Assembly: GCF_006345805.1 (NCBI RefSeq)
Contig: NW_021824157.1
Location: 1-19,808, forward strand
Direction: 5' to 3'
Origin: Octopus sinensis
Taxonomy: Eukaryota
Length of the DNA: 19,808 nt
The position numbers were made by a program, and so were the translations under genes. The notes under the pieces are model-generated. The model was not told where the DNA came from and did no database searches. It saw nothing but the letters and a program-made list of their open reading frames with translations. Positions 19,076 to 19,808 of the stretch are shown here, piece after piece; within the stretch, counting starts at the first letter, position 1, and each line of letters starts with the position of its first letter.

Positions 19076-19294
19076 GGCGGCGAGCTGGCAGAAACGTTAG
19101 CACGCCGGGCGAAATGCGTGGCCGTACTTCGTCTGCCGTTACGTTCTGAGTTCAAATTCCGCCGAGGTCGACTTTGCCTTTCATCCTTTCGGGGTCGATA
19201 AATTAAGCACCAGTTGCGCACTGGGGTCGATGTAATCGACTTAATCCCTTGTTTGTCCTCTCTGTGTTTAGCCCCTTGTGGGTAGTAAAGAAAT
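19076..19294 (+). mobile_element. tRNA-derived SINE family B, full length, tail type 1
   Basis: A-box-like TGGCAGAAACGT 19086-19097, B box GTTCAAATTCC 19150-19160, central gtcgactttgcctttcatcctttcggggtcgataaattaag (Meta-domain-like, from memory), hairpin gtcgat-gta-atcgac 19226-19240. Confidence 0.92.
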
Positions 19295-19648
19295 ATATAT
19301 ATATGCATACACGTATACACACACTCCCTAGCGTTCTAGCAAACATACACGCACTAACGTACATACACACATATACGTACACACACACATTTACAAGCAC
19401 TGGCGTACTTACAAACATATTAACGTACATGCACACATGTACGTACGCAAAACTTTTACAAAACGCGCACACATTCATATTAACATATTAACTCACATGC
19501 ACAAACACTCTAATATACAGAGAACACATACATACTAATATATACACACTAATATGCACTAATATATACATACGCAAACTCAAACAAACGCATGAACATA
19601 CATATTAACACACATGCACCAACATACGCACACTATTATATACATATA
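19295..19648. repeat. Degenerate (CA)/(TA) simple-sequence region
   Basis: Directly visible. Confidence 0.85.
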
Positions 19649-19808
19649 GGCGCAGGAGTGGCTGTGTGGTAAGTAGCTTGCTAACCAACCACATGGTTGC
19701 GGGTTCAGTCCCACTGCGTGGCATCTTGGGCAGGTCTCTGCTATAGCCCCGGGCCGACCAATGCCTTGTGAGTCGATTTGGTAGACGGAAACTGAAAGAA
19801 GCCTGTCG
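19649..19808 (+). mobile_element. SINE family A 5' part (cut by the window end)
   Basis: ggcgcaggagtggctgtgtggtaag..gggttcagtcccactgcgtggca, high identity to the 268-420 segment. Confidence 0.92.

Noticed and set aside
1-19808. CRISPR array, operon or other prokaryote-type system
   Set aside because: No regularly spaced repeat-spacer units and no intact clustered ORFs; the sequence is eukaryotic repeat-rich DNA.

Overview
AT-rich, microsatellite-dense eukaryotic DNA made almost entirely of decayed transposable elements. The two tRNA-derived SINE families match my recollection of Octopus repeats, so a coleoid cephalopod is likely; this was not searched. No host protein-coding gene is confidently identifiable, and most listed ORFs are microsatellite or SINE artefacts. 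The window contains: a degraded Penelope-like element (RT and GIY-YIG, 696-1509); an inverted Penelope terminal-repeat pair with a minimal hammerhead ribozyme relic (2373-2624); a 3'-truncated D,D34D mariner pseudogene (2760-3887); a (TAA)n-flanked 556-bp element; an RTE LINE 3' end; several plus-strand Tx1/L1-type LINE fragments; a 655-bp TIR element that splits one LINE exactly and carries octamer+CCAAT motifs in both TIRs; two hAT derivatives; about 16 SINE copies; and two weak candidate host exons. I found no verified new biological system. The best leads are the hammerhead structures, the TIR element, the tail-swapping SINEs with a shared hairpin, and a candidate microexon flanked by complementary triplet repeats. 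Protein-family assignments come from manual translation and remembered motifs, not database searches.
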